Part shown: piece by piece, positions 12,061-25,500 of the stretch
How the letters are laid out: each line of letters starts with the position of its first letter
How positions within the stretch are numbered: the stretch's first letter is position 1
DNA from: Ylistrum balloti
Lineage: Eukaryota
Length of the DNA stretch: 64,000 nucleotides
Direction: 5' to 3'
Assembly: GCF_031769215.1 (NCBI RefSeq)
Contig: NW_026782452.1
Span: forward strand, 496,001-560,000
Position numbers and translations under genes: made by a program
Notes under the pieces: model-generated
Told to the model about the DNA's origin: nothing
Databases searched by the model: none
The model's input: only the letters and a program-made list of their open reading frames with translations

Positions 12061-13526
12061 TCTTTCCTATTACACTACCTTCCATCTACCACACACCATC
12101 CCCCAGGCCCTAACTACTTTGACCAGAAATGAGTTCCGTGTTTACTTGTCCACTGCCTCTCTTAAGTGCATTCCTCATTTGCCATCACATGTACAGCCAT
12201 GGTTTAGGCTACAGAAATGTAAATTACTTGTGGCACAGAAAACCAAGTCTATGCTCCTGGTTTTTTAACCAAATACAGACTTACAAGGACCTTGTTGGAG
12301 GCCTTCTGACTATCTCTCCAAATCAAAGTTGTTGATCATTTCTGCATGTGGATAAGCAATTTTAAAGGAGTCATTTGTCTCACAGTCTACATTGCAAGAA
12401 AAATGAATTTATAAATTGAATGATTAGAATGGGTCCTATTACATTTACTTGTTCTGTGAAGATTTTTATTGATAAAGCTGACAGTGTCTGGACAAGGAGT
12501 CCGATTGTGTTACAGCTAAACATAAATCTTCTAACACTTCAGTAGTGATTTTAAGCCTGATAACATCAGGAATAGTAGAGCAGTCAGTGTTAGAGTTCTT
12601 ATTACTCCTACAGAATCCTAGAAAATTTCAGATATATAGCTTCAATATGTGTGATTGAAATTCTAATTTAGAAACAACTGCTTTCCTCACTTTTGAGGAA
12701 AAACTCCCATTAGACTGTAGATATTTTGATGGATAGATGCCTTCTTACGATTTTGCATGAATTATAAGATGCAAGTCAAGTGCAAAACCAAATGTTGATA
12801 AGTGTTGATACGATAAAGGATAAAAGACAAGTTTCCAACTTATGTTACAATACATTACATACACAAGACGATGGCAGATATCTGCAGGTCAAATCGTATT
12901 TTGTTACTCGACCTGCTGTAATTTTTCATTCAGACAAAAACTGCAGTACTGCAGTAAGGAAAAACTTTGTTTTGGATTGCCCTTTACAGTGAAACAGATG
13001 TCATGATATATTTCATTACTTCCACTTGGATTTGATTATGGGACCTCTGGTTTACTAGTCTATTCTCAACTGACCAAAGTTCTCTCTAGAAGGATATTGT
13101 AACTAGCACCAGGGATATACCAGGTAAACTCCTCTAACAGAAAAGAACTCATCGGTATCATTCCCGAGTCCCTGCACAAGCGCCGATGCAACAGAAGTCA
13201 TTGTTTTAATGCATCTGCTATGATATGAACCCCATATATTTAGTACCACATTTTCCAGATTATAAGCCGAACCTTTTTTGGTTGGCGGTCTGGCATGCAG
13301 CTTATATGCCTGTTCAACTTAAATGCGGATAGAAAAAAATTGGCAGAATGAAAAAACAAATGAATTGTAGGTTTACAAGGGTGACACTCAAATATAACTT
13401 AAGAGATTTATCTAGCCAGGCAATATATTCTGGCTAATTGAAATGATATTCTTTTTGTTTTTCCAGAAGATCCATTTAAGAAATCTCCCATTTAGCTAGA
13501 GGCCAATCAACAACACCAATAGCAGG

Positions 13527-16500
13527 ATGAATCTGTTACCATGCTTTGGTTCCATGAAGAAGTACAAAAACCAAGACTACGCAAAACTAAAAAAAGACTG
13601 CAAAACGAAAGGAAATTTATTCATAGATTTGGAATTTCCCCCAGACGACCGTTCTCTATTCTATAGTCAAGGGAAGTTAGCTGATGTAGTTTGGAAAAGA
13701 CCAAAGGCAAGTTTGGAAACTACAAAAAAAATTGTATTAAGGCACCTGCTAGGACTTTCTTTGATAAAGAGAATATGTCAGTCTGCATGTGTTTCAATAT
13801 ACAAAGGTAGAATTAAAACAATGCATCATATACAGTAACGTTGTAGTATACATGTACATTTAAGTATCAATATCTAAGGGATGATTTATCAGTGTGAAGT
13901 TATTTGTTATTTTACAGGCTTATCATTTTCATCACCAAATAAAATTAGTAATGTTAGAAAAATAGTTTAAATTTTGTCAATTATTTGTAAGTTGACAGTA
14001 CTGAAAGCTGGATCAATATTTCAAACTTAAATGATAGATCGAGAGTGACTATTGGAATAATTTTTATGTATCAATTTCTATATATACGTTAGTGGTGTAT
14101 GATAGATCGAGAGTGACTATTGGAATGTTTTCACATACCATTTTATTATACTTATAAGTGGTGTACAAAGATACAAAAAAATTATAATATAAAACTGGAA
14201 AATGTATTGTTACCTGTAATGGCTGTCATGGCTTGTGTCTGTAGTATATCAACACTAGTGATATCAGTGATAGCATTATCACTATATCAGCTGACAACTG
14301 TAAGTTTGAATCCCAGCATGTGCAACCATACCTAGAGCTTATAACCAGACTGTTTGATATAGATTTTAAAGGATCATTGATCATTTCATTAATGCAGTAA
14401 AGGGGTTTAAGAAGTGAAATTATCAATTTTATGAAAATTATAGAGCAGTTTATTAAAAAATTGTCTTTTTCAAAAATTTTTTGTATTTAATTTTGATATT
14501 ATATACAATATTTTATTTTATGTTTCTGATAGCAAATCTGTGACAACCCCAAGTTGTTTGTGGAAGGAGCCAGTGCAGGAGATGTCACTCAAGGTCGCCT
14601 TGGTAACTGCTGGTTTGTTGCTGCGTCCTCTTGTCTGTCGGCTAACAAAGACGTGTGGGACAGGGTGAGACAGTTTGTGAAATTTACATTCACAATATAT
14701 TTTGTACAGTATATTCTGTACAGTATATTCTGTACGGTATATTTTGTATGGTATATTCTGTATGGTATATTTTGTACAATATATTTTGTACGGTATATTC
14801 TGTACAGTATATTCTGTACTGTATATTCTGTACGGTATATTCTGTACAGTATATTTTGTACAGTATATTCTGTACAGTATATTCGGTACAGTATATTTTG
14901 TACAATATATTTTGTACGGTATATTCTGTACAGTATATTCTGTACTGTATATTCTGTACGGTATATTCTGTACAGTATATTCTGTACTGTATATTCTGTA
15001 CTGTTTATTCTGTACGGTATATTCTGTACAGTGTATTTTGTACAGTATATTCTGTACTGTATATTCTGTACGGTATATTCTGTACAGTATATTTTGTACA
15101 ATATATTTTGTACGGTATATTCTGTTCAGTATATTCTGTACTGTATATTCTGTACGGTATATTCTGTACAGTATATTCTGTACGGTATATTCTGTACAGT
15201 ATATTTTGTACAATATATTTTGTACGGTATATTCTGTACAGTATATTCTGTACTGTATATTCTGTATGGTATATTCTGTACGGTATATTTTGTACGGTTT
15301 ATTCTGTGCGGTATATTCTGTGCGGTATATTCTGTACGGTATATTCTGTGCGGTATATTCTGTACGGTATATTCTTACGGTATATTTTGTGCGGTATATT
15401 CTGTACTGTATATTCTGTGTGGTATATTCTGTACGGTATATTCTGTGTGGTATATTCTGTGCGGTATATTCTGTACTGTATATTCTGTGTGGTATATTCT
15501 GTACGGTATATTCTGTGTGGTATATTCTGTGCGGTATATTCTGTACGGTATATTTTGTACTTTATATTCTGTACGGTATATTTTGTAGAGTTTATTCTGT
15601 ACGGTATATTTGTGCGGTATATTCTGTACAGTATATTCTGTGCAGTATATTCTGTACAGTATATTCTGTGCAGTATATTCTGTACTGTATATTCTGTACT
15701 GTATATTCTGTACAGTATATTTTGTACGGTATATTCTGTACAGTATATTTTGTACTGTTTATTCTGTGCGGTATATTCTGTACGGTATATTCTGTACGGT
15801 ATATTTTGTACGGTATATTCTGTACGGTATATTCTGTACGGTATATTCTGTACAGTATATTATGTACGGTTTATTCTGTGCGGTATATTGTGTGCGGTAT
15901 ATTCTGTACGGTATATTCTGTACGGTATATTCTGTGCGGTATATTCTGTACGGTATATTTTGTACGGTATATTTTGTACAGTATATTTTGTACGGTTTAT
16001 TCTGTGCGGTATATTCTGTGCGGTATATTTGTGCGGTATATTCTGTACGGTATATTTTGTACAGTATATTCTGTGCAGTATATTTTGTGTTGTATATTCT
16101 GTACGGTATATTCTGTACTGTATATTCTGTACGGTATATTCTGTGTGGTATATTCTGTATGGTATATTCTGTCTGGTATATTTTATACGGTATATTCTGT
16201 ATGGTATATTCTGTACGGTACGGTATATTTTGTACGGTATATTCTGTGCGGTGTATTCTGTACGGTATATTCTGTACGGTGTATTCTGTACGGTATATTC
16301 TGTACGGTGTATTTTGTACGGTGTATTTTGTACAGTGTATTCTGTACTGTGTATTTTGTACGGTATATTCTGTACGGTATATTTTGTACGGTATATTCTG
16401 TACAGTATATTTTGTACGGTATATTCTGTATGGTATATTTTGTACGGTATATTCTGTACGGTATATTTTGTACGGTATATTCTGTACGGTATATTTTGTG

Positions 16501-19500
16501 CAGGTGATTCCAGAATGGCGAGAACAAGAATGGGATGAAAATGTTCCAGACAAATATCAGGGAATATTCCATTTCCGGTTTTGGAGGTACGGAGAGTGGA
16601 TAGATGTTGTTATTGACGACATGTTACCCACCATCAACAATCAACTTGTCTTCATTCACTCGCAGAGTAAAAATGAGTTTTGGAGTGCACTGCTGGAGAA
16701 AGCTTATGCCAAGTAAGTGGGAACTACTCAGCACTACTATATATTGGGAACCCTTGAATAGAATTTTTGATTTTCACCCACTGAGAATGCTAAATGTTAA
16801 CTGCAGCGAAAATTTCCCTGTGCACAGAATCATTTGTACAGGAAATTTATGGTAATTGAAATATTCTCTTTCTAATTATTATATTAAAGAAACTTAAATG
16901 TTTCTTTATTTTTTGGAAATCAGTTTAACTTAAATGAATATAGAACAATATAATGTGATATTTCTAAAAAAATTTGTAGGCATTAAACATGTAGATGAAC
17001 AATTTGACATGAACATAGCATGCACTAGTGACCTCCGTGAAAGAGGTTTACAAAAGCACACATGGTGTAATTATAACCTGTTATACGGGAGTGAATGGAT
17101 TTACGAATTATTAACTATAACCATAGTAAATACTAGCCGCAATGCACAGCTCAGGTAGAGAGAACTTCTCTTTATCTCAATAGGTTGAGCGTCAGACGAG
17201 TAAACCAAGGGTCCTATGTTCAAATCGTAGTGGGGGCATTGAAATAAATTATGACCTCTGTTACAATGGTGCCCATGTAGGTACTTGGGAATTGTACTTA
17301 GCGTTACTTTCACAATACCACTCTAACCTCCAGACACTCAATATGCTGCTTGGCTAGATAGAACTTCTCTGTAGCTTGACTGGTTGATCGTCAGACTAAT
17401 AAGCCATGTGTCTCAGGTTCGAATCCTAGTGGAGGCATTTAAAGAAATAAAGACCTCTGTTACACAACCATCCCTCAAACTGCCTTTAGTATAAACATTA
17501 TTTTGGAATGAAAATTTGTATTGATAAATTCTTATAGGGACTTGACGCTTTCATCCATTCAACAAATTGTGAACTGTCATCGGGATTGTACTCTTTGCTT
17601 GACAAAGCACATAGATATTTTTCAAAGCTGGCAGAGAGTTTTCAGTCAGTGTCTGTGTTAATGATGAACATCTCTTCAAATGATATTAACACCGAAATTA
17701 TAAATTTCATCCAATAAATGGTACAGACCCTCAAAATTGGCAGAAACGACATTCTGCATCATTGATGTAGTGCATGACTAACAAACAGTTGTTTTTAGTG
17801 GCATATTTTATAAATATTTTGAGGTTATATTCATTCATGATTCGATATGAAATATATAGAAATACTGTAAAATTATTAATTTTGGAGGGGATTTATTTTC
17901 ATTGACTTTGTGGGTGTTCTTAATGCATAAACTTATATATCCATGAACTGTTAAAGTTGGTATAAGTAAATATATTGAGCTGTTTATATTCACAATATCA
18001 AATGTCAGTAATAAAGTAGTTTATTGAAAACCACAAAAATTAAGGCCCACAAATATGTAGGATTTTACAGTATAAGATTGGCTTCAGGAAATGTTGATGA
18101 TTTACTTACTGTTATAGCTTTGTTGTTGCAGGTTGTTTGGTTGCTATGAGGCTCTGGATGGAGGAGAACTTGGGGAGGCACTGGAGGATTTTACTGGTGG
18201 TGTTTCTGAACAGGTTGACCTTAGAGGTCGTGACCTTGTAAACAAACCAGAGGAACGTGAGGACCTATTTGAACGAATGAAGAAACAAATGGACAGAAAA
18301 TCCCTAATGGCTGCATCTATACCAGTAAGTAAAAGGAAAAATAGAAAAGAATATTGATAGTTTTGATAATTTTACAGAAATGACTCTACTGCATGTCAAA
18401 CCCCTTACTAAAAAAACATTCAAAGTCAGCCAAGATAGTAGAAAGAAATTGAAAAAAAAATGTTTTTCACATTTTGTTAAACTTGTACAAAAATTTGATG
18501 TTTATTTGTGTTTCAGGCAGAGAGCAGCCAAGAGATGGAGGCATCTACTGATATTGGATTGGTAAAGGGCCATGCCTACGGAATCACAGCCGTCAAAAAC
18601 ATTCACCTGGAGGGGTCGGGTCTATTTAGTTTTTTCAACAGAGAAAAGATTCACATGGTTCGTCTGAGGAATCCCTGGGGAGAAAAGGAGTGGAAAGGTC
18701 CCTTCAGTGATGGGTAAGTTTGAAGGATGGGACCTCCGGCAGGAGTCGGGTTTTCAGTGGGGGATAAGTTGGGGGAGTCAGGCATTCAGTGAGGGAAAAG
18801 TTGGGGGAGTCAGGCCTTCAGTGGGGGATAAGTTGGGAGAGTCAGGCCTTCAGTGGGGGATAAGTTGGGAGAGTCAGGCCTTCAGTGGGGGATAAGATTG
18901 GGAGTCAGGCCTTCAGTGAGGGATAAGATTGGGAGCCAGGCCTTCAGTGGGTTATATGTTTGAAGAGAGGGCCTTCTGTGAGGGATAAGTTGGGATAATA
19001 AGGCCTTCAGTGAGGGATAAGATTGGGAGTCAGGCCTTCAGTGGGAGATAATTTGGGAGAGTCAGGCCTTCAGTGGGGGATAAGTTAGGGGAGTCAGGCC
19101 TTTAGTGAGGGATAAGATTGGGAGTCAGGCCTTCAGTGAGGGATAAGATTGGGAGTCAGGCCTTCAGTGAGGGATAAGATTGGGAGTCAGGCATTCAGTG
19201 GGGAATAAGTTGGGGGAGACAGGCCTTCAATGTGGAACAACATGGGCCAAGACAATGATACACCATTCTACTGAAATTACTGTGGAAGATAGAGGTTTTT
19301 TGTCGAATAAATGCTATATGTGAGTGACGTCCCCAACAACGCCAGAGGTTTACATATCAAGGAATTCATGACAGGTACCTTGGAATCTCTGACTTTCTGA
19401 AGACAATTAACCTTATGCTTACTGTCAGGTTTCTGAAGTTCATAATTTGGTAACATTTAGCATTTTTGTTTACATGTTCAACTGGCTCCATGACAAAGTC

Positions 19501-22500
19501 ACATATTCTTTTGCACCAAAAAATTGATAAATACTTTTTTTTCCAACATGAAGCAGACAAACAATCAGCATTCCTTCCTTGTAAATAAAACAGAATTCCT
19601 TTTCAAAACTAGTATACTATTTGTTTAATGCATACATTCGTAATTTGCATTTATTAAAACTGCCATGTTTTAAAGCTGTGTGATAGAATGAAGTTGGAGT
19701 TTCTTATGTGATCAATGGTTATTTATGTACTATATGAAACAGATTGGAACATTTAAATAGGATAATTATTGCCTAAACTGTAAGTAACACAGCTGTGATA
19801 CAGGTTTTTGTATGGAATATAATTGAATCTGTCTTTACGGTGAAATTTTGGGTTGTACAAGCATCAAAGAAATATTTTTAGAGAAATAAGAGGTTGCAGC
19901 CTGCACAATGAGTTGGATGATCAGCATGATGACCAGTCAGTGGCCTTTTAGATTAAGAGATAGAATACTTTATCAATACTCTCTTCTTTGAGCATTTAGT
20001 TTGTTGATTGACTTGGTGCAAAAGTACCTTCAAGCTTAGAAATTACATTAATAAGCTACCAATCCAATTTTTATTTTAAAAAAGATGAAATGTTATCGTT
20101 CACTGTGTGGTAATTTGTGAGAGATTCGTTTTTACTCTCAGTTCTCCGGAATGGAACAAGATTTCGAAAGATGAACGCAACAAGATTGGACTTACATTTG
20201 AGGACGATGGAGAATTCTGGTGAGTATTCTTTCAAAATGCTGCATAATGATTTTTTTTTGCTTTTATTTTCTTCATGAAATATTAAAATTTGGTTTAATG
20301 TTTAATTATGTAAGTTACCAGGTATCTGTGGAGCACAGGGCTAAGACTATTTCAGTTTGAAGTTCATTTCAATATTATTGATATTCATAACTCCCAAGCC
20401 TGATGGAAAGCTTACATCACTGTCAGTCTTCCAGCATCAACTTTTCGTTTTAAATGACTTCTTCACAACAGGCAGGAGCTTCAGGATATATATGATATTT
20501 GCTCTGTAGCATACTGGGATGAAGGATTACCAAATTTGTTCAAATGAACGTGCGAGGTCACAGGGGTCAAATGTCTTGAAATCTTCAAAAGACTTCTCAA
20601 AATCCAAAAGGGTCCTGGATGATGATATTTAGTCAATAGCATGCAGGAATGAAGGGCTACCAAATTTATTTAAATGACATTAACCCTTTTTTCAGGTCAC
20701 AGGGTCAAAAGTCATCTTCTTAAGCAGCAGATCAGATGAGTGAATCAGGTCTGATATGCTTCTTTTATTAATTTATTTAAACAGGTTAAGTCAAACTAGC
20801 ATGCCCTTGATATGGTCATAACAGATGAAATATTAATAAGTCATGATCAAGGGGCCCATGGCTAATGTGTTAGCCTTTCACCTGGAGGTCAGGGGTTTGA
20901 TTCCCAGAATGAAAGTGAACAGGTATGGGGATCACCTGCCCAACCACGTGGGTATTTCTCCAGGTACTCTGGTTTCCTCCCACAGTAAAACCCCTCGCAT
21001 GTTTAACCAGGCCTACACAAAGTGATTACTATAAGTTGAAAAATCTTGTTTTGCAATTGTTGTGAAACTCCAGTACTCCAGTTTCCCCCTACAGTAAGAC
21101 CCCTGACATGCTTCAATCTGGGCCAAAAGAGATTAATATAAGCTGATAGCTTGTTTTATATTTGTAAAATAAATAAAGTTTCAACATAAACTAACCTGTA
21201 TTTTTTCACACTTGATACAGGATGACCATGGAGGACTTCTGTCGATACTTTGTGCGGGCAGCGATATGCTGCGTAGTCAACACTTCCATCTTTGCCTTCA
21301 GTAAAACCTGGCATGAAGGTCTAGCCCACAGTAAGTGGGTGAAACCAAACAGGGCAGGGGGTTGTCTGAACCATAAGGAGACTTTCCTCAACAACCCACA
21401 GGTAACTTTAGTGTAGACACCATATCCCCTTATCTTTTGTCTGTTTCTCTCACAAGATTTATTTATAGATTCTATTGGTTAGTTCACCTGGCCAGTCTAT
21501 CTGTTGTCCATCCAACTTCAGCTTTTCACTTCATACAACTTCTTCTTAATAACAGAAAGGCCCAGGGTACTGATATTTGGCCTGTAACATGCTGGGAAAG
21601 AGGGCTACCAAGGTATGAAAATGAATGACCTTGACCCACATTCAAGGTCACAGAGGTCAGAAATCTTTCAACAACTTCTTCTCAGTAACAGAAAGGTCAA
21701 GGATATTGATATCAGGCCTGCAGCATGCTGGAATGAAGGTCTGCCAAGTTCACATGACCCACTTTCAAGGTTATAGGGGTCAAATGTGTTCAGAAATCAT
21801 CAAACAACTTCGCAGTATAGGAAAGGCTAGTGGTAATGATATTGGACCTTTAGTATATAGGGAAAAAGGACTACCAAGATTGTTCAAATCAATGACCTTG
21901 AACCACTTTCAATGTCACGTGGTCCAATGAGTTAAAATCTTGAAAGAACTTGTTCTCAATAACAAAAAGGCCCAGGATATTGATATTTGGCCTATAGAAT
22001 AACCAGAAATTTCACCAGTAACATGCTGATATGATGGCTTCCAAGTTTGTTCAACTGCGCAATCTTGTTAAATTTTCAACATCACAAGGTAAACTGTTTT
22101 AAATTCTGAACAGGTTGTTGAAACTTGTTCAATTACATTTTAATGTTACACAACCTATTACCCATTAACAAACAGGTGAGTGATGCAGGCCCATTATGCC
22201 TCTTGTTACAAATACTCTTTGGGTCGCGATAGCTCAGCATTGGCTTATGCCACATAACATCAGGTGTAGATCTGAGGCATGTGGTTTAACATTCCCTACC
22301 AACGGAAGTTTGTGTTTCTTAGGAAGCTGAGAAACACCCAGTCATAGTTGTGTCCTTGGGCAAGATGCTTTACTCTAACTGCCCTGAATGGCATGTGACA
22401 AGCCTCCTGTATGTTGTGCCGTTGCTGCAGCCCCAGCTGCTACAAGGGGTCCCTGTCTTAACATGACCCTGGCTGTTTGCAAGATCATAAACTCAACAAA

Positions 22501-25500
22501 CAAATATACAAATACTTAAATTGTGACCAGGTAAGGTGTGGATCAGTATGAAAAATTTCTGTATCTGGTGATTCTAGGTATGAACAAGGGAGATAATTTC
22601 GTCATTTCTTAGTTTATAGTATAAATACTGTGTAGACAATGGCAAAATGGTTTTAAAAATTGGTAGGTGATAGTCATCACAAAAAAAAAAAACCCGCTGT
22701 TATTAAACTCTGAATGATTTTAAACATTTTGTACAATTCTACCAGAAATCATAATTAAAATTAGGTATGAATGACTTAGGCAACCGCACTCTATTATTCA
22801 GATACCCCTCTAAATGGCAAAGTTTGTCGTATCAGAATTGACAATTATTATAGACACATAAAATAACTAGATGCCTGTTTTTTCTAGTTCACTTTCGACA
22901 TTACGGATAACGAAGATGAGCCGATGATTCAGCTGGTTCAGAAAAGTACACGTGGAGCAGGTGGCAGTCGTAACATGACCATTGGTTTTTCCATTGTCAA
23001 GGTAAAAATAAAGCAAATATAGGCATAAACATATGACATTTATCGTCGATTCATAAATATATATTTATATCAAAAAGATGCAAAGGTAAAATATAGGTAG
23101 ATATATTAATGTTAAGACACAAAAACAAAACCATGAGACTGTAAGCTTAGCCTTTCTGCCTTCTTCATCTGAAGATGCTGAAGATGGCAAAATTTCCTGT
23201 CCAATCTGACACATCATACAAATCAATATATTGATGATATATACCTGTCCAATCTGACACATACAAATCAATATATTGATGATGTTTACCTGTCCAATCT
23301 GACACATCATACAAATCAATATATTGATGATATTTACCTGTCCAATCTGACACATACAAATCAATATATTGATGGTGTTTACCTGTCCAATCTGACACAT
23401 CATACAAATCAATATATTGATGATATTTACCTGTCCAATCTGACACATCATATAAATCAATATATTGACACATCATACAAATCAATATGATGTTTACCTG
23501 TCCAATATGACACATCATACAAATCAATATATTGATGATGTTTACCTGTCCAATCTGACACATCATACAAATCAATATATTGATGATGTTTACCTGTCCA
23601 ATCTGACACATCATACAAATCAATATATTGATGATGTTTACCTGTCCAATCTGACACATCATACAAATCAATATATTGATGATGTTTACCTGTCCAATCT
23701 GACACATCATACAAATCAATATATTGATGATGTTTACCTGTCCGATCTGACACATCATACAAATCAATATATTGATGATGTTTACCTGTCCGATCTGACA
23801 CATCATACAAATCAATATATTGATGATGTTTACCTGTCCGATCTGACACATCATACAAATCAATATATTGATGATGTTTACCTGTCCAATCTGACACATC
23901 ATACAAATCAATATATTGATGATGTTTACCTGTCCGATCTGACACATCATACCAATCAATATATTGATGATGTTTACCTGTCCAATCTGACACATCATAC
24001 AAATCAATATATTGATGATGTTTACCTGTCCAATCTGACACATCATACAAATCAATATATTGATGATGTTTACCTGTCCAATCTGACACATCATACAAAT
24101 CAATATATTGATGATGTTTACCTGTCCAATCTGACACATCATACAAATCAATATATTGATGATGTTTACCTGTCCAATCTGACACATCATACAAATCAAT
24201 ATATTGATGATGTTTACCTGTCCAATCTGACACCATTGTACAAATTTGATATTAATGAATCAATCTCTTAATCAAGCAACATGTTAGGTTACAATTTTAA
24301 ATCTATGGGAAAGTAGCAACGATAGGATTATATCCTCAAGTGAAAGGTTACAATTTTAAATCTATGGGAAAGTAGCAACGATAGGATTAACTTCTCAAGT
24401 GAAAGGTTACAATTTTAAATCTATGGGAAAAAAGCAATGAAAGGATTATATCCTCAAGTGAAAGGTTACAGTTTTAAATCTGTGGGAAAGAAGTAATGAA
24501 AGGATTATATCCTCAAGTGAAAGGTTACAATTTTATATCTATGGGAAAGTAGCAATGATAGGATTATATCTCAAGGAAAAGGTTACAATTTTAAATCTAT
24601 GGGAAAGTAGCAATGATAGGATTATATCTCAAGGAAAAGGTTACAATTTTAAATCTATGGGAAAGTAGCAATGATAGGATTATATCTCAAGGAAAAGGTT
24701 ACAATTTTAAATCTATGGGAAAAAAGCAATGAAAGGATTATATCCTCAAGTAAAACTGTAATGAAAAGGAAATCAATTTAAAAATAACAGAAGGAAGATT
24801 GCAACAGATATGGTATAGTGAATGTATGTTATGGTGTTGTTTATGAAAATTATGGTAAAGTGGATTTAATGGGCAAGATCTAACCATGAAATCAGGTGTC
24901 AGGTATATTTTTGGAAATTAATGAAAATTTGAGCCCCACAAAAATACTTAATTTAACCATAGATCAGGAGCAGACTGTGGTAGGAAATTTTTATCAGGCA
25001 TGATGATAGTTTGACAACAATGAGAGGCGATTTTAATTCTGATGTAATTTTACTATTCAAACTTTTGGTTATTCCAATTAAACATCTAACTCAACCCAGG
25101 ACTCAAAGCCTGTGTACCACTGATCAAATTTCAACGATAATTTGTTTTGAAGTGCATATAATAGGTAGGCACGGAGTAATGGATACAAAATTTTTTATTC
25201 GAGTCCCGAAATAAATTAGATATGTTACTGGAATTGACAGTGCCATTACTATAATTTTTTAATGTCTCCAGGTGGAGGAAAACAGACGCTATCGTATGCA
25301 TGATATGAGTCAACAGGAAATGGTCACGTCAAGCGCCTTCAGGGACAGTCGGGCAATTTTCCTACGTCACAAGCTGACGAAAGGTCGCTATGCTATTGTA
25401 GCCTGTACATTTGACCCTGATAATGAGTGTGACTTCCTTCTGAGGATGTACACAAGCTCAGACAATAATTTCAAGTAAGTTCTCAATTTATTAATACCAA

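Noticed and set aside
14518-16716. 600-aa [10 protein letters not shown]-type ORFs suggesting a repetitive membrane protein or intron read-through
   Set aside because: They arise because the 14-bp unit has no stop codon. The frame continuing from the calpain exon stops at 15588, and the spliced calpain is complete without them.
23065-24271. Periodic 16-aa ORFs, and possible CRISPR-like regularity
   Set aside because: This is a head-to-tail 48-bp minisatellite with no unique spacers, in a eukaryotic intron.
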